In this document: in pieces, positions 47,371-60,061 of the stretch | How the letters are laid out: every line of letters begins with the position of its first letter | Numbering within the stretch: position 1 is the first letter of the stretch | Assembly (NCBI RefSeq): GCF_032444005.1 | Contig: NC_091286.1 | Location: 51,274,001 to 51,338,000 of the forward strand | Length of the DNA: 64,000 nt | From: Ranitomeya imitator | Lineage: Eukaryota | Direction of reading: 5' to 3' | Position numbers and translations under genes: made by a program | Notes under the pieces: generated by a model | Databases searched by the model: none | What the model was told of the DNA's origin: nothing | The model's input: only the letters and a program-made list of their open reading frames with translations

Positions 47371-50300
47371 TCCACTGGAGTGATCTGACAACTTACCACT
47401 TGCAAAGGACTTACCGGAGTGGTGCCGAGAGCAGAAAAAGCCAGCAGCTGGTAAGTATAAGACAAGGAGCAGAGAACTTAGATTAGTGACATCACTCCAA
47501 TTGTACAATAAATAAAATACGGTATTTCATGCATTGGTTTCCTAGGTCAAAATCTCAGGGCCTTACTTTACCTATGCAATCTTTGCAACTGCAAATATGG
47601 ATAAGCTGAGTAAATTGGCTTAAGCACTGTTCATATCTATCTATCAGAGCTCTGGTCTAACACAACATAACATGACAAACTCCATGAACTGCCAGTGCCG
47701 CCAATGGTACTTGTCATGTGACTCATCCGGCACTGTATTACTGCTGCCAATTATGAACTAAAGCCAGGTATTTGATTCCTTGCTGATTTTGTTAGTTTGC
47801 CCACTGAAAAAGACATGAACAGTATATCATTTTAAAGGTAGGTTAATTTTAACAGTGAGAGATAGAATATCAAAAATAAAATCCAGAAAATCACATTGTA
47901 TGTGAGTGCATATGAATGCCAAGTTCTTCATAGATTTTACACTGCGGATTTGGCTTTGGCTCTTACTTGTGCACCTGCTTTCAGGAGTGTCATGTTCTTC
48001 TATTACATATGAACAAAGTGTAAATTTTTTGGAAGATTCACGTGGATAGAGCTTAAAGGGATTATCAGCAGAAAAGGTCATCCATATTAGAGTGGTTGGA
48101 GGTCCGAGACATAGCACCACCACTAATCAGCTACTAATATTATTTGTACTTTCTTAACCTTATTATTGCTTGTTAATTAAATTATTGTTATTTGTATGAA
48201 AAAATATGAAGATATAGCATTAAGATAGTTATTATTTTTTGGATTAGAGTCAGCATTTCTAGTCAAATTGCTAAGAAGATGTCAATTTGATGACACAGCA
48301 TCACCCCAGCCACTGAGGTGGGGGTTAATTATTCTTAATTATGCAAGACATATTATTCCTTTGTTCAGTAGGTCCAGGGACAGGAGCCATTGGTTCATAT
48401 GAGCCTGTACGCTGGCTCTTGTATGTTAATATGTGGAATGCGTCCTGATTACGTATTTTATCAGTTCCCTTATGGTTTATTAGTCTACAGACCTTGGAGG
48501 ACAAATACGCAGGTTAATTGACAATTGAACAATGAGGGATTACCTCCCCCCACCTTCCCATAATCCTGTGGGAGAATGCCCTGAATGAAAGCTGTGCAAT
48601 ATTAAATGGGTCTGCTTTTGTTTCCAGAGAGACTCTACAAGATATCAGCTGAGGGAACATGGCTTCAGCTGATGGATGCCACCCTGACTGTAAAAAGTGA
48701 ACACATGGACTAAATAATTTATGAAAATTGGATCCAGCACACTGTTGAAAAAGTCAATTTTTTTCTTGTATGTAAAAAATTAAAATCTTAAGAGCCTTAA
48801 CCTCAAGCCATCACTATTATTACAATATATGGGTTGCCACCTAAGGACATACTTTTTTTTATTAAGTTTCTATGAAAACAGGCTGATCAGAGGGTAAAAT
48901 AGCTTCTCAACATGTGCAAAAGTAAGAGACCACAGTACTGTTCAAGATACAGTTGGGTTTTGTGCGCAATGAAGCAAAATACACATAGATCGTATACATG
49001 ACGCCTTGTAGAGCTTATGGGAAGGGTCTGTGAAAGTTAGATAGCTTTTCTAAAGTATTCTACAATTTAGGGGTTGGTCTTTTAAAGACCTGTCTCATTT
49101 ATCCATATGATGGATCATAAATGTATGATCTCTGTGGGTGTGACCACCACTGGGACCCTTTCTTAGTATTGAAATTGTCATCATCCTTAATTCTTGTTGA
49201 TTTTGAGTTTGTCATTTGGCCGATTTCCAAAAATCAGTGTCTTAACTTCTTTTAAGAAATACTTCTCTGTCATTTTCAGCTCCTCTTCAAGGTCTTGCTC
49301 CTGTTATAACTCTTATGTAATTTCTTATATTGGATTCTGGTAGCAGTAGATGATTACTTAGTGAGATGACAGGTATAAAGCTGCTGGTGTCCGTTTGCAG
49401 TGATGAGAATTTTATTACTTCAATATACATAAAGATATAAAGTCATTTTTGTTCTATTGTAAGTAGATTAAATGACAAATGGCTCAGGTAAATTAAATGC
49501 AAATGTAAAAATCGAAATCATAAAAGGTAATTTGTCTCTCTGTCTATATGCGTCAAGAATGGCATTTGACAAGAGGTACAAGGCTATTGAGAAACCCGTT
49601 AATGAGCTGGAGGATGAAGAAATTGAACTTGGTACCTACTGTGGTGACATCGACTTGTAGCAATGTCACTGAGGTGTAGCCACTATCAGGAAGGATCATG
49701 CATGTATCCTAATTATTCAGAGTAGGAAATGTGCATAATCCCAGACAATCGTGTATGTTTCACAGCGGTGGTGCTCAGGTGCAATGTCATCAGAGCGAAA
49801 GTGAGTAAGGTGGACAATACTTTTATGTTTCCAAAGCCCTTATGCCTTGAAATTAAGGATTTGAGTGAAACACCACAGAAGAAATTGAGAAAAAAATAGC
49901 TCACTCACAAAACAAGGATCATTGATGTGCTGATACAACCTTGTTGAACGACATGCAGGAAAATTGTAAAAATCCACCAAAGAGGTCCTTAAAATAACAT
50001 CTTTGTTGAAGATCCATTATTGCTAATCTACGTTGGATTTTTAATGGCTCTTCAATAAATATATCATTTTAAGGCCCCTTTGCTGGATTTCTACATTTTT
50101 CCTACATGCAAACACCATGAAGACCCAACGGAGTCTGTCACTTTAATGAGACGGATGGAGTCATTTTGTGCTTTGTCTCACCTCTGTTACAGCATTGTAC
50201 AAATTATTGAAAAAGGCACAAACCTGTGGTTGGCCAAATATGAGTAGCGCTCCATGTTATTTAGCAGTGCCTACTTTTGTAGTTTCATAGACTCTTTAGG

Positions 50301-50694
50301 TGCTATAGGTTGACCAGGTCCTATTTATCAAGAAAGATGTGCTGCCAAGAACGATGATCTTTTAAACCAGGCAAAAGATCATTTTCACCTGACGAACACG
50401 TAATTTGCTCATTCAGCGAATGTCAGCAGCCTGTAGCCCTGTATGATTGTTAGGTTACAAGCTTTCCGATAATCAGGCACCATAAATGCACCCGTATTTC
50501 TGAGGAAAGCACTGATGAGTGACGGACCACACTAGAAAAGGAAGGCCTGTAAATCATTGAGGATGAGACTCATAAGTTCGCGGTGATTTCTATCAATATA
50601 TATCAAACCTTGTACCATAAAACTAGCAAAACGATAGTATTGTTCTGAGACGTACGCAGTCTCTGCTGATTTATATTTCCTGGTCTTGTTTTAG

Positions 50695-50825
50695 CACACC
50701 AAAAATGGCAAACAACGCCTTCAATGGTAATTTTCTCTGGTGGAATAACGCCTCCCCAGCCATGGGCAGTGACAGCTGGGTATCTGGTACCTTTACAGTG
50801 GTTGCGTTTCACACAACCTTCCCAG
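50695..50825 (+). CDS. Candidate exon on plus strand (unidentified)
   Basis: Acceptor tttcctggtcttgttttag, donor CAG|gtgagc; two frames open. Confidence 0.25.
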
Positions 50826-51556
50826 GTGAGCACCTCTGATTGATCTATTTATCTCTTACATTGGGATTTAACCGTATATGTGCTATTACGTCACCATTTT
50901 CCTTTCCTCTACTGAGGCAGGACCCTATAGCATGATGTAATTGGCTGATAAGCAAGCAATATTTTGTCTTTAAAATGTTGTAAAAACTTTTATGCTAAAA
51001 ATGCCATAATTGGTTATTGGCTAACCAGAAATAATGCTTTTGCATGTTTTGAAACAAAAAAGCCCCTTCATCAGGCAAGTTTATATAATTTTTAAAAGTT
51101 TTCACTTCTAGAATACGTTTGTGTTTTTTTGGCATAAAAGAATTTACATAGAGTTTTCTGGGGTTCTTTTATGTATTACTTCTCCTTTAATTTTTGAGAT
51201 CAGACTAGTAGGAATTGATCATTGAGAAAAGGTATGCATTACAATTGGAGCTGTAGAGAATCAATGAGAGCGAGTAAATGACTTAAAAAAACCTTAAAAA
51301 CTTTTAAATATATCCTTTAGCCAACTCTTTAATTTTTGATAACCTGGCACCAACATGTAAAAGTTTGCTGTAAATTTACAAGCAGCAGCAGCAAAAAAAA
51401 ATGTATATGTATTTCTTATGCAATAGTAAAAGATCATTAAAAATGCATAAAAAATAAAGTATTTAATTAAATATTGTAATTACAGTTTTTTTATATGAAT
51501 TATTTAGAGAGGAAAGAGCAATAAGAAACAATATTATACATGAAACATATTCACAC

Positions 51557-51718
51557 ATAGCAGCTGGTATAGGATACTCGGCAAGGAATTCATCCCATAG
51601 GTACGAATGAAAACCAAAGAAACTCGCCTGGAAGTCGATCAGAAGTTCTGGTAGCAGGTGGTCTTTTGTAAATATAAATAGACCCCAGGTTCGGCAAAGT
51701 CTTACAGCATGTGTACAA
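51557..51718 (-). CDS. Candidate host-gene exon (unidentified)
   Basis: Acceptor cctgttttcttgtcag, donor AT|gtgtga; 162 bp, phase 2-2: CTHAVRLCRTWGLFIFTKDHLLPELLIDFQASFFGFHSYLWDEFLAEYPIPAA. Confidence 0.3.
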
Positions 51719-52589
51719 CTGACAAGAAAACAGGTACATAAAAATATAGAATGATTTCTATGAATCAAAAGTAAGATAATAAAAAGACAAATCTGGAAAA
51801 GAGATCAAGATAAATATTAAAAACAAATATTAGAAATCAGTTTTAGGAATTTAGCTTGTAGAAGGAAGAAAGAATATTGAAGCAAAATTACATCATGTAA
51901 AAACTCTTGTGCTGGTTCATTGCTTATTTTATGTCATTTTCTTTTGCTTGTTTCTCTTTTTTCACTAAAGGATTTTGTAACAAATTCATAAAAAATAGAA
52001 TGTAACATTTGATCAATTTGCACGACCATTTCAAAAAACTTTACAATGTCACGTTATTCTGTGATAAAAAAAAAAAATAGATTTTGCACTGTACTGGGTT
52101 ACAGGAATACAACTGCCCAAAAATTTGGAGACATTTCAAAAAGTTTCAAATAATGAGTTAGGCTAAAAACATTTGAATAACAATGCAACCAAGTAAACTT
52201 ACTATATTAAAAGATACAAATTGAAAGGAGAGGACACACTTTCCAGGGTGGCTACATTTGTCCAAGGGCATTACAAAATAGGCTCGTACTTGGGTACTGC
52301 CCTTGTCAGGGCGGGAGTCTTATGTACGGGGCACGACAGGGAAAGTAGCCTCTATTTGTCTCCGCTCCCCCCCCCATTTTGTCTCTTCCCCATAATTCTG
52401 GTCTCACGTATCCTGATATTACAGGAACCTACAGGAAATCGAGAGGCAATGACTGGGTGAGATTGTGCCATTTTTTTCTAGTGCACTGTTAACCATGAGC
52501 ACCAAATTGTGATTGTATTTAAAAAAAAATGTACAAATTTTATATGTATACATATTAAAAGTTAAGTTTTAGAGTTTACTGGTTGGCTA

Positions 52590-53975
52590 TGCTGTTCTGT
52601 TTGTTTTGTTTTTCCGCCTAATCTGGGGCAGTGCACCCAGACCCGCCTATCCTAGAGGCTGCATATCCAGTACCTGACCCTGTCTAAACTGTGTCCTCTG
52701 TTATGTTCCTGAAGTCCTTTTGTGTCTGACACCCTGTACCCAATGACTGAACTTCCTGGGCTCATCTTTTAAAGATGGAGTCTGGTGTTTATGCTGAGCC
52801 CTTACTATGCTGTGCTCAGCCTGATATGCGGTGCTAACCCCGTCTGGCCTAGGTCCAGTCCGGCAGTGCTTGCACCATCACGCTTGAGTTCCTTCCTAGG
52901 TCTGATGCCCAGAGCCTGATGGCCGTAGCTAGGAACCTGATGACCACCCTTACCTGATCCTGTGCTATCTGAGTCTCAGCCGATTACCTGGGCTGCCTCA
53001 CCAGTGTCCCAGATATCTATCCGGTATTCCTGATGTCCTGATGCCCTGCCTGTGTCCTGATGTCCTTACTGTGTCCGATGTTCTGATGCCCTGGGCTGCC
53101 ATGCCAGTGTCCCAGCCGATGACCTAGGCTGCCACGCCAGTGTCCCAGATGTCTATCTGTATTCCTGATGTCCTGATACCCTGCCTATGTCCTGATGTCC
53201 TTCCTGTGAGCGATGTCCTGATGTCCTGGGCTGCCACGCCAGTGTCCCGCATGTCTATCCCGATGTCCAGCCTGTGTCCTGATGTCCAATCTGTGTGTCC
53301 TGATGTCCAGTCTGTATCCTGATGCCCAGTCTGTGTCCGATGTCCTGTTCTCCAGCCTGTGTCTGATGTCCTGATGTCCTGCCTGTGACACGATGTTCCA
53401 CTGGTTCCTCGGGGTCCACCCTGTGATGACGTCTGTCCTGGGTTGGTGTCTGATGTTCTCCTACTGAGCCTTTGCTTCACCTGAGAGAGGCCATCCTAGT
53501 AAGCCCGTGCCAGATGACCCTGGACTACATCAACCCATGATGACCCTTGCCATTGTCAGAAGTCCGTCCGAGGTCGGTGTCTGATGTTCTCCTGCTGAGC
53601 CTGTGCTGCGCCTGAGGTCTGAGAGAGAAGCCGTCCTAGCATGCCCGTGCAAGATAACCTTGGACTTCATCAACCCATGATGTCCTCCTGCCTTCGTCTG
53701 TTATTCTGAGACGTGTACCCTACTCTGATGTGTGGAATCGGGATCCTGACATCATTATGTTTTGTTAAGTACTGTGTTTTCATTTAAGTAAACTTTGTTT
53801 CTGCATACCTGAAGTTGTGCGGTGCAATCTAGTTCTGCATATTACCATCTTGTTCACATGCTCTGCTGCCACAGACCCTGCTCGCTGCCCTTCCCTAGTC
53901 TGGGAAGGTCCAGGTTACTCTATGTGGTCCAGTGGGTTCCCATCCCATTTGGGACGCTCGCCCACGTCATCATGG
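52590..53975 (+). mobile_element. LTR-like remnant with (gatgtcct)-rich internal repeats
   Basis: Internal duplications (about 53440-53560 and 53570-53690) and a U5-like end gtggtccagtgggttccc; termini not resolved. Confidence 0.35.
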
Positions 53976-53979
53976 TGTG

Positions 53980-55200
53980 GCGATGTATGGGCATCGGCTC
54001 AGTCGCGTTTACGGTCGCACTGTCTATAATACGTCCTCTCCCTACTCCGCTTTCTCCAACGCCTCCTCATCCAGTCAGCGTAACACATGCATCTTCAACT
54101 TTAGCACAGCCAGAGGGAGATGACAGCAGGCTGTTCTGAAACTCATCAGTTTGTGGGAAAAATCCCACACCACTCAGGAGCTGTGGATGGGGATCAAAGA
54201 ACAGACAGATGAGTGGTTGGTGCCTATGAACCTCAAGGTTGATCTGATGCTGTGAGATAATGGACAAAATCTTGTAGCAGCTCTGGGCCTAGCCACCTTG
54301 ACACACATCCCTTGCCTGGCAAATGCTGACTTTGGCGGTGCAGATCTTCCTTAAAAATATATATGGCAGAGCTGGTGCTGAAAGTCTGGGCTGTCTGTAC
54401 GAGCTTTCGGCACTCTTACCTTGCTGTTGCTTGCCTGTCTGTGCTGCAGCATCACTTCTGCCTTTCCACTAACTCCCTCATATGTGATTATACCCACATG
54501 GTAAAAATCCACTTGCACATGCTGGAGAGACTGTGTAAGCAGCAGCAGCAGGCGATACTGGATGCCACTTCAAGACCAACAAGTGGGCCTCCATGCAGGA
54601 CATATGCTGTGTTGCACTGTTTCAAGTACTCCATGAACATTGCCAGCATTGATGACATCATCGCTAGCATTACTATTCTACTTCTATGCCTCCTAGAAAT
54701 AAAAAGCTCCAATTGATGATGGATGAGTTGGTGGCACAGGAGGAAGAGGAGGACCAGAAACCATTCAGATCATTAGCAGGCTAGTTGTCCACACATGGCT
54801 TGGAGGATGGGTTCCTGTACCAACAGTGGCTAGGTACACAACTGTCCAGCCAGGGGACAGTTTTAGAGGAGGAGGAAGATGAGGAACAACCATGTTCACA
54901 GCATGGTGGCACTCACAACAGCTCACGGGCATCACTGGAGCGTGGCTGGGGGGATACAAAGGATACAGACAATACAGAGGAACCAGATGATACATCTTCC
55001 ACTGAGGACAGCTTGTTGTTGCCTCTGGGCAGCCTGGCATACATAAGGCAATACATGTTGCTATGCCTGCTTAACAACCCCTGGGTTTCCCAGATTCTTT
55101 CAAGTGCTGATTACAAGGTGACCACCCTGCTTGTTCCCCGTATTAGCAGGAGGCAGCATTTTGGTTATGCTTGCGATGCAACTCACTGTAGATTAATAGG
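53980..55200 (+). mobile_element. Degenerate hAT transposase
   Basis: Fragmentary THIPCLA (CxxH region), ICD.THMVKIHLHMLERLCKQQQ (degenerate D..TRWNST), and GSLAYIRQYML.CL.N.P.V..ILSSADY.VTTLL.PR. Confidence 0.7.
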
Positions 55201-55768
55201 TTAGACGCTAAAATTCACAACTGACTTTGTCGATTACTGTACAGACTAGATATCTTGACACTGCAGTCCCTAGTGGTGCCTGTGAGTACAGACATAACCT
55301 AACCAAAGAACTATTAAATAGCAACTCTGACGGCTGTCGAGCTACTTCACATTTCTCCTAAAAAAGGACAGAGCAGAATGTGAATTAACTGCAAGAGGAA
55401 AACAAAGGAAAGATCTCAGAGTGAGTAAAGTTAATAACTACAGCAAATACCAAACCAAGAATAAAGTAATTAGTCTTAGCAAATATGCATCCTAAAAAAG
55501 ATAAACAGAAGAGAAGTGCAAAGTATAGCAAAGAAAGAACGAGGCAAAAATCCTTAGCTCAAAGCTCACAAACTGACTCCAAACATCAGTACAATGTCAG
55601 AACATCTAAACAGAATATAAAGCTGCATCCAAAAGATGATACGTGGACATAATAAAAATATCTGTGTTAAGCTAGACAGAGTGCAGCCAGGAAATAGAAC
55701 CCAAGCACACAGACAAAAGGTGTGTTTCCTGTTGCTCAGCAGAAATCCATGAGCATGACAGTTTCAAC

Positions 55769-56320
55769 TGGTTCCCAGGGTCTGGAGGAGAGGAGACTCT
55801 CCTTCAAGCCCTGGGATTCATATTCATGTAAAAAATAAAGAATAAAAATAAAAAACATGGATATACTTACCCTCGGACGGCCCCTGGCTCACAGTGCTGC
55901 AAGCGTCTGCCTCCGTTCCTTAGAATGCGGTGAGTGAAGAACCTTCGATGACGTCGCGGTCACATGAGTGGTCAGGTGACCGGTCACCTGACCGCGACGT
56001 CATCGAATGTCCTTCACTCTCTGCATTCTAAGGAACGGAGGGAGACGCTAGCAGCGCTGTGAGCCAGGGCCCGTCTGAGGGTAAGTATATCCATGTTTTT
56101 TATTTTTATTCTTTATTTTTTACATGAATATAGATCCCAGGGCCTGAAGGAGAGTTTCATCTCCTCCAGACACTGGGAACCACACGCCGAAATGCAGGAT
56201 CGCTCCCTGCACACGCCGTACCCGGCGTATAAGACGACCCCCGACTTTTGGGACAATTTTTAGGGGTCAAAAAGTCATCTTATACGCCGGAAAATATGGT
56301 ATATTAAACGCTATTAGAAT
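55769..56320. mobile_element. pogo-like MITE right end with a 414-bp internal palindrome (55769-56182)
   Basis: Perfect centre GGTCAGGTGAC-CG-GTCACCTGACC; terminus TCTTATACGCCGGAAAATATGG|TA. Confidence 0.75.
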
Positions 56321-56380
56321 AAGAATCCAGCTACTTTCTCTCCATCTGATATCAACATGTTGGAGAGATGTCAGTATGGA

Positions 56381-56547
56381 TATTATTTTATTATTATTAT
56401 TTATTTATATAGCACCATTAATTCCATGGTGCTGTACATGAGAAAGGGGTTACATACAGGGTTATAGATATCATTTACAGTAAACAGGTTTACAGTGACA
56501 GACTGGTACAGAGGGGAGAGGACCCTGTCCTTGCGGACTTACATTCT
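56381..56547 (-). mobile_element. L2-type LINE/SINE 3' tail
   Basis: Minus strand: gggtcctctcccctctgt..tgtacagcaccatggaattaatggtgctatataaataaataataat. Confidence 0.7.
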
Positions 56548-57023
56548 GTGGGATATAATTCTTCTGTATCATGGGCCATTGTTAGCTTCTGGCATCAATT
56601 ATGAAAGGCAATTATTAAGACCATAAGAACTCGTGCACTCCTTTGGAGCTCAAGTACAAAATTCCATGCATCCTAAATTGTAAAGGGGAGTGAGAAAATT
56701 TTTACTGATCTACCATGTTAGCAAGCAAGGGTGTGAGGAATTAAATATATGGTTTTATTAATTATCGGGAACTAGCATTTCTAGGAATTCTCGTTTCCTA
56801 ATAATTGTGCAGTGTAAACAGAATGTCGATCACCCAATCAACTAATGAGCTAAGCAGTTGTTCTTCTGGTGGAATGGTCTTTTGGCTTGCTAAAAGAAAC
56901 CCTCCTCCCATCAAAGTTTTTACCTTTTAATATATTGCAATGATCATGTTAGAACTACTCATTTTGCCTTTCCACCCAGATATTTTTTCTGTTTCCATTA
57001 GATCTATGACATCTCATGATTAA

Positions 57024-58286
57024 CCCTTTCATGACCTTGGGATTTTACGTTTTTCCATGTTCGTTTTTCGCTCCCCTCCTTCCCAGAGCCATAACTTTTT
57101 TATTTTTCCATCAATATGGCCATGTGAGGGCTTATTTTTTGTGAAACAAGTTGTACTTTTGAACGACATCATTGGTTTTAGCATGTCATGTACTAGAAAA
57201 CAGGAAAAAAAATTCCAAGTGCGGTGAAATTGCAAAAAAGTGCAATCCCACACTTATTTTTGTTTGGCTTTTTTACTAGGTTCATTAAATGCTAAAACTG
57301 TCCCACCATTATGATTCTCCACGTCATTACAAGTTCATTGACACCAAACATGTCTAGGTTCTCTTTTATCTAAGTGGTGAAAGAAAATTCAAAACTTTGT
57401 AAAAAAAAAAAAATTGCGCCATTTTCCGATACCCGTACCGTCTCCATTTTTCATGATCTGGGGTCAGTTGAGGGCTTATTTTTTGCATGCCAAGCTGGCT
57501 TTTTTTAAAGATACCATTTGGTGCAGATACGTTCTTTTGATCGCCCGTTATTGCATTTTAATGCAATGTTGCGGCGACCAAAAAAACGTAATTCTGGTGT
57601 TTCGAATTTTTGTCTCGCTACGCTGTTTAGTGATCAGGTAAATCCTTTTTTTTATTGATAGATCGGGCGATTCTGAATGCGGCGATACCAAATATGTGTA
57701 GGTTTGATTTTTTTTTATTGATTTATTTTGAATGGGGCGAAAGGGGGGTGATTTAAACTTTTATATTTTTTTTATTTTTTTCACATTTTGTTGAACTTTT
57801 TTTTTAGTTTTTCCATGCTTCAATAGCCTCCATGGTAGGCTAGAAGCTGGCACAACTCGATTGACTCAGCTACATAGCAGCGATCATCAGATTGCTGCAA
57901 TGTAGCTGAATTGCAGGTGTGCTATGAGCGCCGATCACAGGGTGGCGCTCAAAGCTAGCCGGGATCAGTAACCATAGAGGTCTCAAGGACCTCTATGGTT
58001 GGCATTCTGATGCATCGCTGACCCCCGATCATATGACGGGGGTCAGCGATGCGCTCATTTCCGGCCAGATGGCCGGAAGCACCGGTTAAATGCCGCTGTC
58101 AGCGTTTGACAGCGGCATTTAACTAGTTAATAGCAGCGGATAAATCACAATTTCACCCGCCGCATATGCCAGCTGTTCAAAATAGCTGACATGTCTCGGC
58201 TTTGATGCGGGCTCACTGCCGGAGCCCTGCATTAAAGCAGGGGATCTGACCTCAGATGTACTATCCCGTCTGAGGTCAGAAAGGGG
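57024..58286. mobile_element. piggyBac-like non-autonomous element
   Basis: TTAA|CCCTTTCATGACC .. GGTCAGAAAGGGG|TT; no ORF. Confidence 0.75.
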
Positions 58287-58288
58287 TT

Positions 58289-59545
58289 GGCTCTGGCTGG
58301 AACTTCTTCTTAAACTCAACCCTACACCCACTAAATTAATTTCTAAACTATATCATAACTTAATCTCCCCTAAATCTCACTTTAAACCCCTATATATCTC
58401 CTCATGGGAGTCTGAGTTGAACATATCTCTATCTGACAGAGAAATAGAGCAGGTCTTAGAGCACTCACATGGGTTCTCAAGATGTGTCTTGCTCCAGGAG
58501 AATGCCTTTAAAGTCCTATCCAGATGGTACAGAACCCCTGAGTTGCTCTACCACTTTGGCCTCTCGGACTCTTCACTGTGCTGGAGATGTATGAAGACCA
58601 GAGGCTCTTTGGCGCACATTTTTTGGTCATGCCCAATTATCGCTAAATTTTGGGAGGAGATTTTTAACTGACTCCGCCAGATGAAACTAATAACGCAGAA
58701 TTTGACCCCTCAAGAGGTTCTACTGTCCCTCCCCACGAAGTCCTACAAACCTAAGAAGCATGACCTACTCCCCCTTCTGATAGCCGCTGCCAAACACTTG
58801 ATCGCCTTACACTGGAGACAAACGTCCCCCCCTCATATTAATGAAAGGCTAAAAAAAGTACAGGACATCTTCAGGATGGAAGAGTTGACCAGTTGGGACT
58901 CACATACGCATGACAAATTCTTTCATATATGGTTGCCCTGGCAGTTATCTCAAACTACCCCTTAGCCTCTCACTCACTATTCTCCCTATACAACATATAG
59001 TTGTACTAACTTGTTTCTCCTAAGACTCCTTTAGTGCACTGTGATGGACCCGGATACAGCTCAACTTCCTAATAGTTTGAGTCATACTTGATATTCGACT
59101 TGTTTCTCTGCTTCCTAATTGGTCAAGATTTTCTGTTCTGCTCCCCGTATGTTTATGGTTTCGTTCTGACCTTTTTTTTTATATCTGATGGGGTATATTT
59201 GTATAAGGAGCTCTGTTTTGACCGCTTCTCTCCCCCCCGGTACATCCCCCACCCCCTCTCACCTCCCTTCTTATTGTTTATTTTTCTTTGATTGTATTGT
59301 TGGTTTAATTTCTGAACGACTTCTTCTTGAGACTCAGGTTACGGAGTGCGTAGTTTATTACTTGGATCGCACATCAGTACTACCATTAACAGCACTGGGA
59401 CACTTCCGGCTATTAATCCGCAATGAGGGTTCGGCCGAAATGTGACAGTATATTTCATTTTAAATATGTATCCACCTTCATCTGATTCATGTAACCTGTA
59501 CGACTGTTCACTTGTTTATATGTGTTAAAAAATTTGAAAATTAAA
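58289..59545 (+). mobile_element. 5'-truncated L1-clade LINE (ORF2 C-terminus + 3' UTR)
   Basis: QENAFKVLSRWYRTP, CWRC..G.LAHIFWSC zinc knuckle, LIAAAKHLIALHWRQ, W.PW; coding to 58965, T-rich UTR, A-rich end near 59545. Confidence 0.9.
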
Positions 59546-59825
59546 AATTAAGCTCTCTGTAGAAACAGGAGGTCTCTCTTCCCTGCCTAAGTTATCAGTA
59601 CAAAAGTTCCTGGCCAGAAGAGGATTGGAGCAGCTGAGGCAGGTGCCGAAGAGGGGAATGACTCAAGCAGGGAAAAGAGAAGTTGTGTTTCTACATAGAA
59701 CAGAGGAAAGAGAAGAATCAGCTGTGTAGAAAGGTGTAGAACGGCAAAATGAGCAATTGTAAGTATACAGTGCTGTATAATATGATATATTAAGAGGACA
59801 AACACGTTGATGGGGGCTTCTTTAA

Positions 59826-60061
59826 AGACAATCTTTCATCAGATTTTTGCCACTTAATCTGACAGCAGCACAATGTACAGACAGAAACCACAATTCCATT
59901 GATGTGTCACGTACTGGGCTACTTAGTGTACTTTTTTATGAAATCACTGTTTTATCAGCAGCAGATTATCATTAGAGGCATAGTAAACTGGAATCGGAGT
60001 CTCTGCCTCTACATTATGCTAATCTCAGGTGGAGTAGCCAAAACCTGGTGACAGATTCTCT
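59826..60061. mobile_element. T2/Kolobok-like MITE
   Basis: TTAA|AGACAATCTTTCATC .. GGTGACAGATTCTCT followed by TTTAA. Confidence 0.5.

Noticed and set aside
53124-53480. 118-aa low-complexity ORF (GHRTSD repeats)
   Set aside because: Translation of the gatgtcct-rich internal repeats of an LTR-like remnant.
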